From Batkoa obscura (taxonomy: Eukaryota), in assembly GCA_030770535.1 (NCBI GenBank), contig JASVEC010000003.1:558001-622000 (forward strand): a DNA stretch of 64,000 nucleotides. The letters are read 5' to 3'. The position numbers and the translations under genes were made by a program. The notes under the pieces were generated by a model. The model saw nothing but the letters and a program-made list of their open reading frames with translations, did not search any database and was not told the origin of the DNA. Every line of letters begins with the position of its first letter. Position 1 is the stretch's first letter. Positions 52,078 through 64,000 of the stretch are shown here, one piece after another.

Positions 52078-53951
52078 TTAATAATCTTTCATTCTAGATT
52101 GATTATGATGTTGGTTATGAGGCAACATATGTTGAGGAATATTTTGCAAATGATAAGCTTGATTTAATTGCAATTGATTTGGATTAAAATGAGGATTATT
52201 AATATTGGGATGAATATTTGCATTAAACATTTGAGGTGGAAGATTTTGTTGTTGTTGATGTAAATGGGGATTGTTTTGTAAATGATGAGCTTGTAAATTC
52301 ATCATTTGAACTTGTTGTTGATTTAATCCTATATTTAAATGAGCTTGTGGTAAATAATTTCCATTCATTCCTCCTCCTCCATGTATATGTCCTGGTGTTA
52401 TTGTTGTATTATTATTTGGATTATATCCCATAGCTAAATTTTGTTTATACATTTGTTGTGGATTCATAACTCCCATTGGTCCATTCGTTGGATTATTTGG
52501 ATTTCCTATGGGACCAAATGTATTATCAACTAGATGATGATTATTATTGATCACTTGTTCTTTAGTATAATTAATTTGATTGATATTATACACTTGTCTT
52601 GTTTCAAATGTATCATTACCAAAAGCTACCCTCTCAATTCTTGTTTCCCAATTCCTTGGATGAAACACTTCAAATATATCCGAATTTTCATTTTGTCGAC
52701 TTGTTAGTTCATTATTTTCAACTCGCATCATCCATAATTGACGTTTAATATGATACCTCCAACCCCGACTATGTCTTTAAATTTATTATTATTAACTTTA
52801 CTATTATTATTATTATTGTTAATTTAAATACTTACAATTCATGAGCAGCTCCTTCTTGCATTAAATCTCTTGGCATCGTATAAAATATATAAAATAATGT
52901 TCGATCTTTATATCTTTTAATATGTTTCATTGGAGATACCATTGGATGATTATCTTGAAAATCCTTAGGTAATTCATTATCCGGTATTTTAGATAAACCA
53001 CTATAAGTAGAAGGTTCTAATATCCAAGGAGATAGTAATGTATTAAAAATAGGTCTAATTAAAATAAGATAGTATTAGTAAATTTTATATAAAATTACTA
53101 TTATTATTGAAACTTACCTAGGATCATTTAAATTTAATTTAGCGGATTCTAGGGGTATCCCAGTAGCCAAAAAATATTCTGTTTTTTCTTTTTTATTATA
53201 TAAAATATCTAAAATTTTTGGTAATCCATATTTTTCTTCAGGCTTCAATGGCAGTGTTTCCTTAATAACTTCTTTTTTATTACTCTTCTGTTTATTTTGC
53301 CCCTATTGAATTATGTATCTGTTAATAAGTTATAATAAAATTTAACAAGTTTCTTTTTTTTTCTACCTGAGCTTGAGTTTCTATTGTATACCGTGGTTGA
53401 TTACGTGTATCTAGTTTGTGATGAATTTAATACTCATTTCATTTAAAAACAATAAAAATATTACTTTTACCCCCTTGTTCCGATGTAGTAGCTGTCATAT
53501 TCGAGTTATTCAACTGTTTTTGAGTTGTAGCACTTTTGTCATTAATCATACTGCTAGGTTTAGGTTGAATTTGGTGGGATGAAGCTCTTTGTAACGGTAA
53601 AGCAGGAAAGTCTTCTTGCCTTGTAACTCTAGATTGTCTATAAGCTTGGGCGTTTGGTAAATCGGTATGAACTCCATTGGTTTCTTTATTTTTATTCAAT
53701 TCACTATTGATGGAAGTATCTGAATAAGACTGCAATTGAGCTGCATACCCTTGTGGACTATTCCGTAAATTGGCTTGGTTAATGACAGAAGACCAATTGG
53801 CTTTTGAAATAGTATTAACAAATAGATGATGTAGAATTAGATGCTTTTAAATACCTTTTGGTGCCTGGTTTTTCGCTTTGTTTGGCATTCCTGAATATTC
53901 AATTAATAAATTTCAAAAATACAACAAATAATAAATAATACCTCTTTGCAT
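52078..53951 (-). CDS. NOT2: CCR4-NOT subunit NOT2 (NOT-box) with a Q/N/H-rich C-terminal tail
   Basis: EDFPALP; KYGL..IL; LATGIPL..LNLN; LLSPW; TLFYIFYTMPRDLMQEGAAHELHSRGWRYHIKRQLWM; VFHPRNWE. Confidence 0.9.
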
Positions 53952-54302
53952 GATTTTAATAAAATGGAAAGAGAATCGTATTAGTAACAACTTTGTATAC
54001 AACTTTTTTTTATTTTTATTCTATTATAAAAAAAATCAGTTTTTAACAAGATAAAAAAATTTTTTTTTATTGACTTACGTTATTTTATCTAACTTAACTT
54101 AAATTAGGAATAGTTAACTACAGAACTTACTAATTAGTGTCATTTTTAAGCAAATCTTTAGAAAAAAATTTTAAGTTTTAGCCCAATATTTTGTAGAATC
54201 AAATTATGCGTATTTCAATAAAAATCATTTTTTTTAAAGTAAAATTTTTAATCGATTATTGGTTTATCTTTCTTATTGTTTTTTTAATAATATAAAAAAT
54301 CA

Positions 54303-56757
54303 ATGTCAGGATTGTCCAATATACTAAATGGACATGTTCAACATGATCCTATTAAAGAGGAAAGAATAGATAAAGGAGTTGGATTAAAAAATGGGAAGAA
54401 AAAAGAATATAAAAAGAAACGTCGACCAAAGAAAAAGAAGGAAGTTGAAGTAAAAAGTAATCAAAACCAAGTTTCAAGAAAAGTAATTAATTTTAAATTG
54501 ATTTCATTTAGATAATAGTTATTAACAATTTATAAGGAAAAAGAAGAAGATAAAGATATTGAGATTGTATATGTTAGTGAAGAAATAGATATATCAAAAG
54601 AAGATCCTAATTATGAGGAGTTTTCAAAAATATTTAATAAATTTTCTGGAAAAGAAGAGGTTGAACAAAATGAAGTAAGTATTTATCTCAATCTTAAGGA
54701 AAATAGATATTTAGAAGTAATATAGGTAATAATTGAAGAATCCAACAAAGATAAAGGAAGCTCTGATGACAGCGATAACTCCGATGAAGAAACTGATGAA
54801 AACGGAATTATATCAAAGAAAAAATTAAGAAAATTAAATAGGATGAGTATTGCAGAACTAAAACAAACGGCTAAAAAACCAGAAGTGGTAGAGGTATTTT
54901 GTTTTTTAAGAATACAATTATATTAAATTAAACTAATACTTTTTTAAAGTGGGTAGATGTAACTGCTAGTGATCCTCAATTACTCGTACACCTTAAATCG
55001 TATCGTAATACTATACCAATACCTAAACATTGGTCGCAAAAAAGAAAATATTTACAAGGTAAAAGGGGTATTGAAAAGCCACCTTTTGAACTTCCAGGTA
55101 AATTAGTATTGATATTAATATAATATAACATAAATAATGATATTTAATAACTATAATAAAATTCTTTTATAGATTTTATTAAAGCGACTGGTATTATGGA
55201 AATGCGAGATTCAACTAATGAAAAAGAAGAAAGTGCTACATTAAAACAAAAAGCAAGAGCTAAAATGCATCCCAAAATGGGTAAATTAGATATTGATTAT
55301 CAGCGTTTACATGATGCTTTTTTTCGATTTCAAACTAAACCTTATTTAACTAAACATGGGGAATTGTAAGTTTTATTAATATTTCTGTATAATTTCATAT
55401 AATAACAACTAACCAATTAACTCTTTTCTTTTTTATATATAACTTAGGTATTATGAAGGTCGTGAATTTGAAACTAAATTTAAAGAAAGAAAACCTGGAG
55501 ATTTATCAGAAAGTTTAAAAGCCGCATTAAATATGCCGCCATTAGCTCCACCTCCTTGGTTATTAAATATGCAACGTTATGGACCACCACCATCCTATCC
55601 TAATTTAACTATTCCAGGTTTAAATGCACCAATTCCAGAAGGGTAAATTGTTTTATTTTTTTAAATTTTTATTTAGTGTATTAATCAATTTTACTTAGGG
55701 CTATGTGGGGTTATCATCCAGGTGGTTGGGGTAAGCCTCCAGTAGATGAAGTAAGTGTTATATCATTGATTAATGAATTGATGTTTAATTTATTTTTTAG
55801 TTTAATCGTCCACTTTATGGCGATGTTTTTGGTACCAGTGCATTAGAGGGTATTAATGAAGTAATTATAATAATATTTAAATCAACTATTTAATTTAATT
55901 TAATTTTATAATATAGAATTATGAACCTATTGATAGAACATTATGGGGAGATATGGAATCAGAAGAAGAAGGTAAAATAATATATATAATGAAATGGAAT
56001 TTTATATTAAATTTTTGTTTTTCACAGTGGAAGAAGAAGAAGAAGAAGAAGAAGAAGAAGAAAAGGTGGAAGAAGAAGAAGGGGAAAATGAAACGATTGC
56101 TGATGGTGAACGACTTGATGGTATGGAAACACCAAGTACTGTTAGTGGATTTGAAACGCCATTAGATATTGAATTACGTAAAGATATTAGAAGGTAAATC
56201 ACTATAAATTGGTATATGATATGGAATAGTTATTAATTCTATTAATTTTTTAGGGTCGAAGAAGATAATAGTACCAAAGAATTATTTAGTATTGTACAAC
56301 AAAAAGATACACAAATATCAGGTTTTATGGGATCACAATATAAATATGAATTAGGTGGTAAACTTGGACAAGATAGTAACACTAAAGTAAGAATTCGGTT
56401 TTTTTAATTTAGTTTTATATAAATGATTTTAATATTAATTTCTATATATTAGCGCCGCAAAATGGGAGATGTTGAAGTAGCTTTAGATCCCTCTGAAATG
56501 GATAAATTTAATGATAAAAATTATTTACAATCAAAATATAATGGGGCTGTTAAGGTAAATTGATAATAATAATAACAATAATTAAGAATGAATATTATGT
56601 TTATATTTTATTATTTTTATTTTAGGAAAAAAATCAATCGATTGCTAAAGAAGATCTTGGTGATATGGCAGCCGAGCATATAGCTAATGTGGATCGTAAA
56701 CGTAAAGCCAAAGCAGAACAAAATGCTAAAGATAAAATGAAGGAATTTAAATTTTAA
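54303..56757 (+). CDS. SF3B2: U2 snRNP splicing factor SF3B2/SAP145 (Cus1), multi-exon
   Basis: MSIAELKQ..KPEVVEWVDVTASDP; IPKHWSQKRKYLQGKRGIEKPPFELP; DIDYQRLHDAFFRFQTKP; PSP domain PPWLLNMQRYGPPPSYP; C-terminal KEFKF. Confidence 0.96.
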
Positions 56758-56895
56758 GATATTAATAATTAGAATATCTATGTTTGCTATATTAAATTGA
56801 ATATTAAATTGAATAATAAATTGAATTACAATTCTTAATTATTTTATTATCATTATTGATTCTTGAATAAATATTTTAAAAATGGATCAATTTAA

Positions 56896-57003
56896 TATAT
56901 GGGGATGTATTTTTTTGTTTAAGAATTTTACTAACAATCTTTCCACTCAAATAGTGCTTAAAACATGGAAAAAGTGATCAAGCCAAAAAAAACATCCCTA
57001 TAT
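56896..57003 (+). mobile_element. MITE family A copy 12
   Basis: tatatggggatgtatttttttgtttaagaattttactaacaatc...aacatccctatat. Confidence 0.88.
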
Positions 57004-57743
57004 CATATTATGAAAATTACTTAAAGAATACCTTTATAGTTAGTTTAGTGTAGCCTTATCTTTTAGATTTTAGTTTAAAACTATAAAAGTAATGGAAATG
57101 AACATGTAATTGAATTTAAATTTTATTTCAATCAATTTTAATATTAAAACTGAATGGGATTTTATGGCTTAATTGAAATCTGCCACTTTTGTTAAATATT
57201 CAAATTTGCCTCTATTTTTACAAAAGGCAGCTTTAATTTCAATTGAACAAAGTTAGCCAGAGCAAGAAAAGGCCAATAGAATAAAAACATTTAAAAAATA
57301 AAAATAATTTTTCATTAAAAGATTTAGCTTCTTTTATATGCAACATTGTCTTATCTTTGTTTAAAAGCACTTTGAATTTTACCCTCACATTACCTTATCC
57401 TTTATTTTACTCTTTTTATTCAATGAACATCTACAACCTTGAGTTTGAATTTAAAAATAAAATATTTAAATATTAAAACTCATCAAAGCAATAAAACATT
57501 TTATTTTTTAAAAAATATTTAAACAAGTACTAAAAAAAACGTTACAATTGTATGCTTTTTTTGTATACTAAAAAAATGGATATAAAAGCGAGAGAGATAG
57601 AACTTAGAACATTAGTAAACTAAATACACGGATAATAAATTTTATAAATTAATAAAAAGAAAATATTTAAAAAAAATCAACCATTGTTTTTTATACACAT
57701 GTCAATCTCTTATAAAATCAACTCAGTAAAAATGTAATTTGAC

Positions 57744-60700
57744 TTATTTTGATTTTTCATATTCTTCTTTTTTGGCTACTAATTTTTTAGCATAATCAAT
57801 AACAAACCCTTTCACCATTTTTTTTAATGCTTCATTCATTATCCTCATTCGTCCTTCTTTATAACATTCTTGTCGCATTTCTTTGGTAACTAAACTTGTT
57901 GTCATCTATTTAAAAAATTGATTAAAAATTGATTAAAAATTGACTATTAAACTTACCCTTTCAGCATGTTTTTTAAAAAATTCTTTTTCAAAATATTTAT
58001 AATATGGGTTAAAATAATGGACCACTACTTTTGCAATCTAAATAGCAATGATTAATATATTAAATTATAAATTCATATTAATCAACATACCATATTTTTA
58101 CATCTAGATTTTAGTTCATCTTGAGTATAAACTTTTTCGGATATTTCAAATTTACACATACTTTTATCTCTACCATCCATCGATTTGTATTGTTTATCTA
58201 TTTCATTTTCTTCTATTTCTGTTAAATCCGAATATTTGTATTTCCGTATTTTGTTACTTTCTCCTATATTTTTGTAGTCTAACTTTCCTAAGCTGCCCTC
58301 TTTTGGTGATTTTACTGAGCTTAATAAATATTCACATGAATTAGTAGCCTGTCTTTTAACGGGCGATACTTTATACTCTTTTCCTTGGTTTTTGATACTA
58401 ATTTCAGTTGTATACTCACTAGTTTCAACAGAGATCAAAGGATAGCTTCCTTTCTTTTCATTATGTATATTTGTTTGATTTAAATCAGCAATAGGAGTAG
58501 AAGTAGGTAGTGAACAAGGAGTATTAACAGATGGAGGAGTATAACCATTTCCAGAATAGTAATTATAATAATCCATATTGATGGAAGTTTGTGATAGATA
58601 ATTATAATTCATAGGATAGCTTAGGTTATGAGGAACATTTTCTTCATTTTTTGGTTTATCCCACCTTGTCATCCTAGTAACTGAATGGTAATAATAGGGT
58701 TGACCTGTTGGTGCTATGGCTTGACACCAACCAGGTGGGAGATCATTTGTTGTAGGTACTATAGGTTGATGATGTGTTTCATGATGGTTATGTATAAAAG
58801 TATGTGGGATTTGACCGGTGTAATTAATGTTATAAGGTGGAATTGAGGTGTTATGCGCCAACGCTGGATTTATAACAGGGTGTGTACTTGTCCCTTGAGA
58901 GTAGCTGTTGTACGCCCAAGGGGTGCTAACCGGGAATGCTCCATTTTGCAATGGTGGTTGGAAGTAATTGACAAGGTTAGGATTAGCAATAGAGTTGGTA
59001 TTTAATGGGATTTGATCAGCTTTGGAGTTTGAATTAAGCTTAGTAGTATTTACTTTAGAAGAGGGTGTACCATTAAGGTTTGAAGAAGCCTCCTGTTCAT
59101 TTTCAGTTTTAAGCTCTTCTTCGTCTACGAATTGAGATCTGATTAGTATGTTAGTGCTTTTAAGAGTATTAAATAAGTGGTATTTAAGAGAGGAGGTAGA
59201 TTGAGCATTGAGTGCTGTAGTGGATGATTGGGAAGCATCAACATTATTTGCATTAGAATCTTGATTTAATAGACCCTTATTCTTCAAGGAATCACCAGAT
59301 GGAGAAGGTTCAACAAGCAAATCTTCCCATCTACGTATGTTGCCTTTGATATGTTCACCAGTTTGACTACATACTTTTAATTCTGAAGGATCTTGAGGTG
59401 TACCAGGGCCATTTGAATCCGCATTAAGTAAAGCCGCTTTAACATGAAAGGGTGAATTCTGGGCAGATAGCTGAGAATCAGCTATTGAAAATTTCTTCAG
59501 AAGGAAGTTAGGGCTATCGTTTTCCCCTTGTATGGTAGCTACAGCACTTGACACATCCACTTTTTGTAGTCGAGGGATGATGTATTTAAGTGGTAATGGA
59601 TCCCATTTTAAAAGCAACCGGTTCGCTTTTAATTTGATCTCTGGAGAATATGTTTCTATGTTAGTTTCTAATGTTTCAAATATTTTCAAATCCACTAATT
59701 TGTTTTTGTTCATGATAGGAAGCATATCTAATACATCTAATAACCCATCGAATATAATGTCATCATCCTTAAATAGTTCAAGCAAAGCTTTAAGTGACGT
59801 GAGGCCATGTAGCCTTAAGAACGTCTTCAAATACTTTTTATCTTCAGTTAGTTTCATCTTTTTAATTAACATAAGCGCCCTATTCGCGTTTTTATCCTCT
59901 TGGCTTATCCTCATTAACAAACTAGCTAGTTTTGAAACCTCATCATCGCTACATAAACCACGATGTTTTGATTCTATTTCATCCTCATCAGAATTCTCAA
60001 AGCCTCTAAGCTCAGTTTGTTTCTCTCCACCTAATATACCTTTGCACTTTGGTTCACCACAATAGCAAATTTGTGCTTCAGCGCCATATCGCTCAAATTG
60101 GTAATCGAAAGTTAATTCTTCGCCTTTTTTTATAGCTCTCTTGGAAAAGATTCCAATCCTAACCCTGGATCCAACCATCCATTTTTGTAAAATACAGTTT
60201 GGGTTACAGCTATGATTTATAAAGCGAGCTAATGAACCAGTCGTAGTAGCATCAATAATCCGATCTGCTTTCAGACTCATGAAATAGAAATGTTTATGAC
60301 CTTTTTCATGATATTTTTCCGCTCTCCTAATGAACGAGCCATGGCTTATAACCTCACCAACATATTCCATTACAAATTGATTTTGCCTATAATCAGCAGT
60401 GGCTTCCAATCCAAATCCCTTTTTTTCTGTTTCGATTAATTTCAAAGGAGAATTCTCTTTACGAGTGAATCTATCAATACAGTTTAATAAACAATTGTTT
60501 GTCAATTAATAGCCTTACCTTTGATTCTTACAATGTCTTCCTCCGGCACAAACACCTTTCTTACATTCAAGCATAAGCATACGATTTATACAATTTGAAT
60601 CAGCATCACAGGAGGATCTAGTTCCGTCGTCATCTTTAATTTAAAATTAGCTATCATTATCATTTTAACTTTGAAGTATTACTTCTGACGAGTTTACAAA

Positions 60701-61119
60701 GGCAAGGCATATATTCTTCTTTGCTTTCATTTCTTGCTGAGCCCAAATAAACGCTGGACTCTATATAGTTAAACTTCTTTAATGCCTTTCTTAAAAGTTG
60801 TCTTTGTTCTGGGTCCGCATTATTGAATGTAGATGGTAAGTCGTCTTCATGATCACTATTGGATTCATTCGCGAAATCATTCTTTGAATTTGAAGTTAGC
60901 TTATTAAGCTCTGTAGTTTGGTTCGGGTCTATTATCAAATTAATAAATGTTTATCTTAAAATAAATCCAATTACCTTCTGGAGATAGGTTTGAGCTAGTA
61001 ATTCCAGATAATGTCTCACAGCTTTATAATTAGTAAAGCTTGTAAATAATAATAATAATGGATAGTTACCTTTCTTTCGAATTGCCAATAGTGTGGCTGT
61101 CTTGTATCTCCACAACCAT
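57744..61119 (-). CDS. SET2: Histone H3K36 methyltransferase SET2 (AWS-SET-postSET, WW, SRI-like C-terminus)
   Basis: CINRMLMLEC...CKNQRF; EYVGEV; ARFINHSCNPNC; GEELTFDYQFERYG; CYCGEPKCKG; WW domain LPPGW...YYYHSVTRMTRWDKP; terminal exons FKKHAE/LVTKE/KGFVIDY; start could alternatively be 61140. Confidence 0.93.
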
Positions 61120-62106
61120 TTTAGTTGAATTTAATAACATTGATGGAGCTGTGATAAAAGGTAAAAGTAACAGGTCTGTAAATTATATAAATGGGTAGGT
61201 TCTAGGTTCAATGATAATAAAAGGGAAGTTTAATTTTAAGTTAGTAGTTTGTCGAGTTCTATCTATCAATCTTTTCAACCTTTGTTCAATTAAAATTATT
61301 CAAGCTTAATTTTCTTAATATTCTTTTGTGTTAAAAGCAGCAAATTAAAACTAAGTATCTAGAATCATTCCTACCTGATTTGCAATTGATCTAAGTTGTA
61401 AAACTTAAATTAAGTCAATATTGGGCATTAATTATTTTTTTATGGATGCAAAGCTGAATTTCATTGGTTAAACAATGATTTGGATCAGTTTTTTTAATAT
61501 TTGGGCATGTTTGGAAATATTACCCAAAGCGACTGATTTTATTAGAGTAGACTGAGTTTAAAATAAAAGAATAACAAAATAAAATAACAACTAAATAATG
61601 ATGCTATTTCAAATATAATTATTATAAATCATTTTGATTGTTTAGTATTACATAAATGGACTATTGGAAGTAGCTTTTTTGGCCCCATATTTGTTAAATC
61701 TATACTATTTAGCCAGTTTTATTTTAACATATACCAGAAAGCTTCGATAATTAAACTCCTATTTATGTGTAATATAGTCTATTGCGTTATATCATATTAT
61801 ATATATCACGTTATATTATATTATGTTATAAACAAAGTAAGCTTATCAAGAGCTTATCCCCAAAAATAGGAAAACAAGATAAAGTTTAGTAAATAGTAAT
61901 AATAAAATATTTATTTAGCAACTAATTTTTTTAACTCATTTTTATCCATCCCTAAAATTTAAAACGCAACCACTTTGTGCTTATGAAAGTGAGTGCCAAT
62001 AACATTCGTTTTACTACTAATGATAAAATTTATTGGTTAAAATAAAAAAAGTGTAACTAAGAAAAAAAAAAGATTCTGATCAAAATCAACTATTGTATTT
62101 AATTAA

Positions 62107-62689
62107 ATGATTGTAAAACTTAAGTCATCTGAAGGTACCGAGTTTAGCGTTGATAGAGAAATAATAACTCGTAGTGTACTTATTCGTAATATGCTTGAAG
62201 ATGTAGAAGCATGTGATACTTATGGTAATTTGACTTATTTTCTTAATAAAGAGCGCTTAGTTATTTTATAATAGAGATTCCATTGCCAAATGTATCAGCC
62301 CCTATTTTAACTAAAATTATTGAATATTGTACTCATCATAAAGATGAGCCAATAAGTCAATACGAGGAAGGAAGTAACAGTAATTTGGATGAGATTGACG
62401 CTTGGGACCAAGAGTTTTGTAAGGTTGACCAGGGAACATTATACGATTTAATACTAGTAAGTTATATGATTATAAATATGATAGAAAAAGCTTATTTAAA
62501 TACAATCAATAGGCAGCTAACTATTTAGATGTTCGTCCATTATTAGATTTGACATGTAAAATAATAGCAAATATGATAAAAAATAAAACACCAGAACAAA
62601 TTAGACAAACGTTTAATATTGAAAATGATTTTACACCTGAAGAAGAAGAAAAGAATCGCAGAGAAAACGCTTGGGTTGATGACCGTTAA
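62107..62689 (+). CDS. SKP1: SCF subunit Skp1, 3 exons
   Basis: [14 protein letters not shown]...[16 protein letters not shown]...[52 protein letters not shown]...RRENAW. Confidence 0.96.
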
Positions 62690-63422
62690 GTTTAAAGTTT
62701 TGTTTTTTAAGTTTAAAATAATAAACTTTTGATTTTTGGTTGTTTTCACTTAGTAGTATTTTTTCTTTGTTATTTCTGTATATCAAATGTGCTCTCAGAG
62801 TTTTATCAAAGTTATAGTTTTAATATTCTAACAAATTTTGTTGGAATTATTATATTCATTTTGTAATAAACTTAACATCCAATGTTTTAACACTAAGCTG
62901 AAGTTATTTTTATTTGGTGTTAAAGTCTATAAATGTATATATTTCAATTTAATATTTATAAAATAATAATTATTGAATTAAACGTTCCATAGTTGCCTTT
63001 AGCTATTTATAGTTGAATTTTTTACTTTTTACTTTTTACTTTTGAAATAATACATTACTAAGGTATTTTTCAAACAAATAAAATTTGACGCTATAAATCT
63101 TACTTTATTTGATTAAACAACATCATTGTTTATTTTATATTTAAACGTGAGGCTAATACTACTCTTAAATCCCCTCTTATAATATTAAATTAACAAAAAT
63201 AAATATTTGTATATTTACATTTAACATATAAACTATGATGTAAAAGTAATAAAATTCAAAATAACACCTATCAACCATAGACAACACTATAATAAAAATG
63301 AGACACTATACTAATTGCCAAATAAAAGCATATAATTTTATTTATTAATTTAAGCGTACTTAATTTAAGCTATTTTTAATTCTTAACTGATGATAAAGTA
63401 TAATATGGTTCAAATGCTTACT

Positions 63423-64000
63423 TTAAAATATATATGGGACGATCTTATATGGTACTAACTCACAATATTTATCCCAGTATGGTCCATATTTTCCTTTGCA
63501 ACGGTTTTGATCACGCATTGTACGATGGACTAAGAGGGCTATCATGTAAAAGAAGTAAAAGTAAGGCAACAAAGAGTCAAGACCACAAGTTAAACAGAAC
63601 GCAAGGCACATCATTAAATCTCCGAAATAGTTAAAGTGACGTGCAAGTCCCCAGTAGCCTGAAGCTAACAAATACGATACTCTGGTTTCTCCATCGCTAG
63701 TCTTATATTTGGCAGTAATAACATTGGCTTCATATCCCCAAATCTTTCCTTTACCTCCTGCTTTTCTAATAATGTCTTTTTGGTTGTTACATTCACGGAA
63801 AATAAAATAACCTCCAAGTCCTAAGCCCAGAATAGCCCAGAAGAAAGGAATGGAAAGATCAATTGGGTTACGGTAAAGGTAGAATGATTGGAGAGTATAC
63901 ATGAAAGGTAACCATACAGAGTCACCCCAAGCAAGGTAATAGCCGAAATGATCATGGGCGATATCAATAGTACGTAAATACCAGTCTTCATTGTAAAAGA
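63423..64000 (-). CDS. DHCR7: 7-dehydrocholesterol (sterol delta-7) reductase, 3' portion; continues beyond the window
   Basis: FYNEDWYLRTIDIAHDHFGYYLAWGDSVWLPFMYTLQ; LLASGYWGLARHFNYFGDL; RDQNRCKGKYGPYW..YC..VPY. Confidence 0.88.
   Translation of the reverse strand, partial: FYNEDWYLRTIDIAHDHFGYYLAWGDSVWLPFMYTLQSFYLYRNPIDLSIPFFWAILGLGLGGYFIFRECNNQKDIIRKAGGKGKIWGYEANVITAKYKTSDGETRVSYLLASGYWGLARHFNYFGDLMMCLAFCLTCGLDSLLPYFYFFYMIALLVHRTMRDQNRCKGKYGPYWDKYCELVPYKIVPYIF

Overview
AT-rich, intron-rich eukaryotic nuclear DNA with short GT-AG introns (mostly ~45-70 nt) and poly-Asn (AAT)n tracts. It is most consistent with an early-diverging, non-Dikarya fungus; my guess is Entomophthorales/Conidiobolus-like, which is an inference only. 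About 22 protein genes, in order: MFSD1-like transporter, glycolipid transfer protein, COX16, mitochondrial RNA polymerase (RPO41), CCZ1, a mitochondrial carrier, a SPRY protein, a MARCH5-like RING-CH ligase, mitochondrial TrpRS, sphingolipid delta-4 desaturase, a C2H2 transcription factor, SEC7, a PPR-like protein, two secreted cell-surface proteins, a MAD1-like coiled coil, a SAS-4/CPAP TCP-domain protein, NOT2, SF3B2/CUS1, SET2, SKP1 and the 3' part of DHCR7. Also present: one tRNA-Leu(UAG), an F-box/LRR pseudogene, 12 copies of a ~105-bp TA-flanked MITE and two other foldback elements. Top finding: a spliced gene that the ORF track shows only as fragments (50332-51796, minus strand), encoding a compact protein with the TCP/G-box domain of the centriole protein SAS-4/CPAP, in what appears to be a non-flagellated fungus. 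It lies tail-to-tail with a truncated MAD1-like gene. All family calls come from motifs I recognise, not database searches; splice junctions were read by eye.
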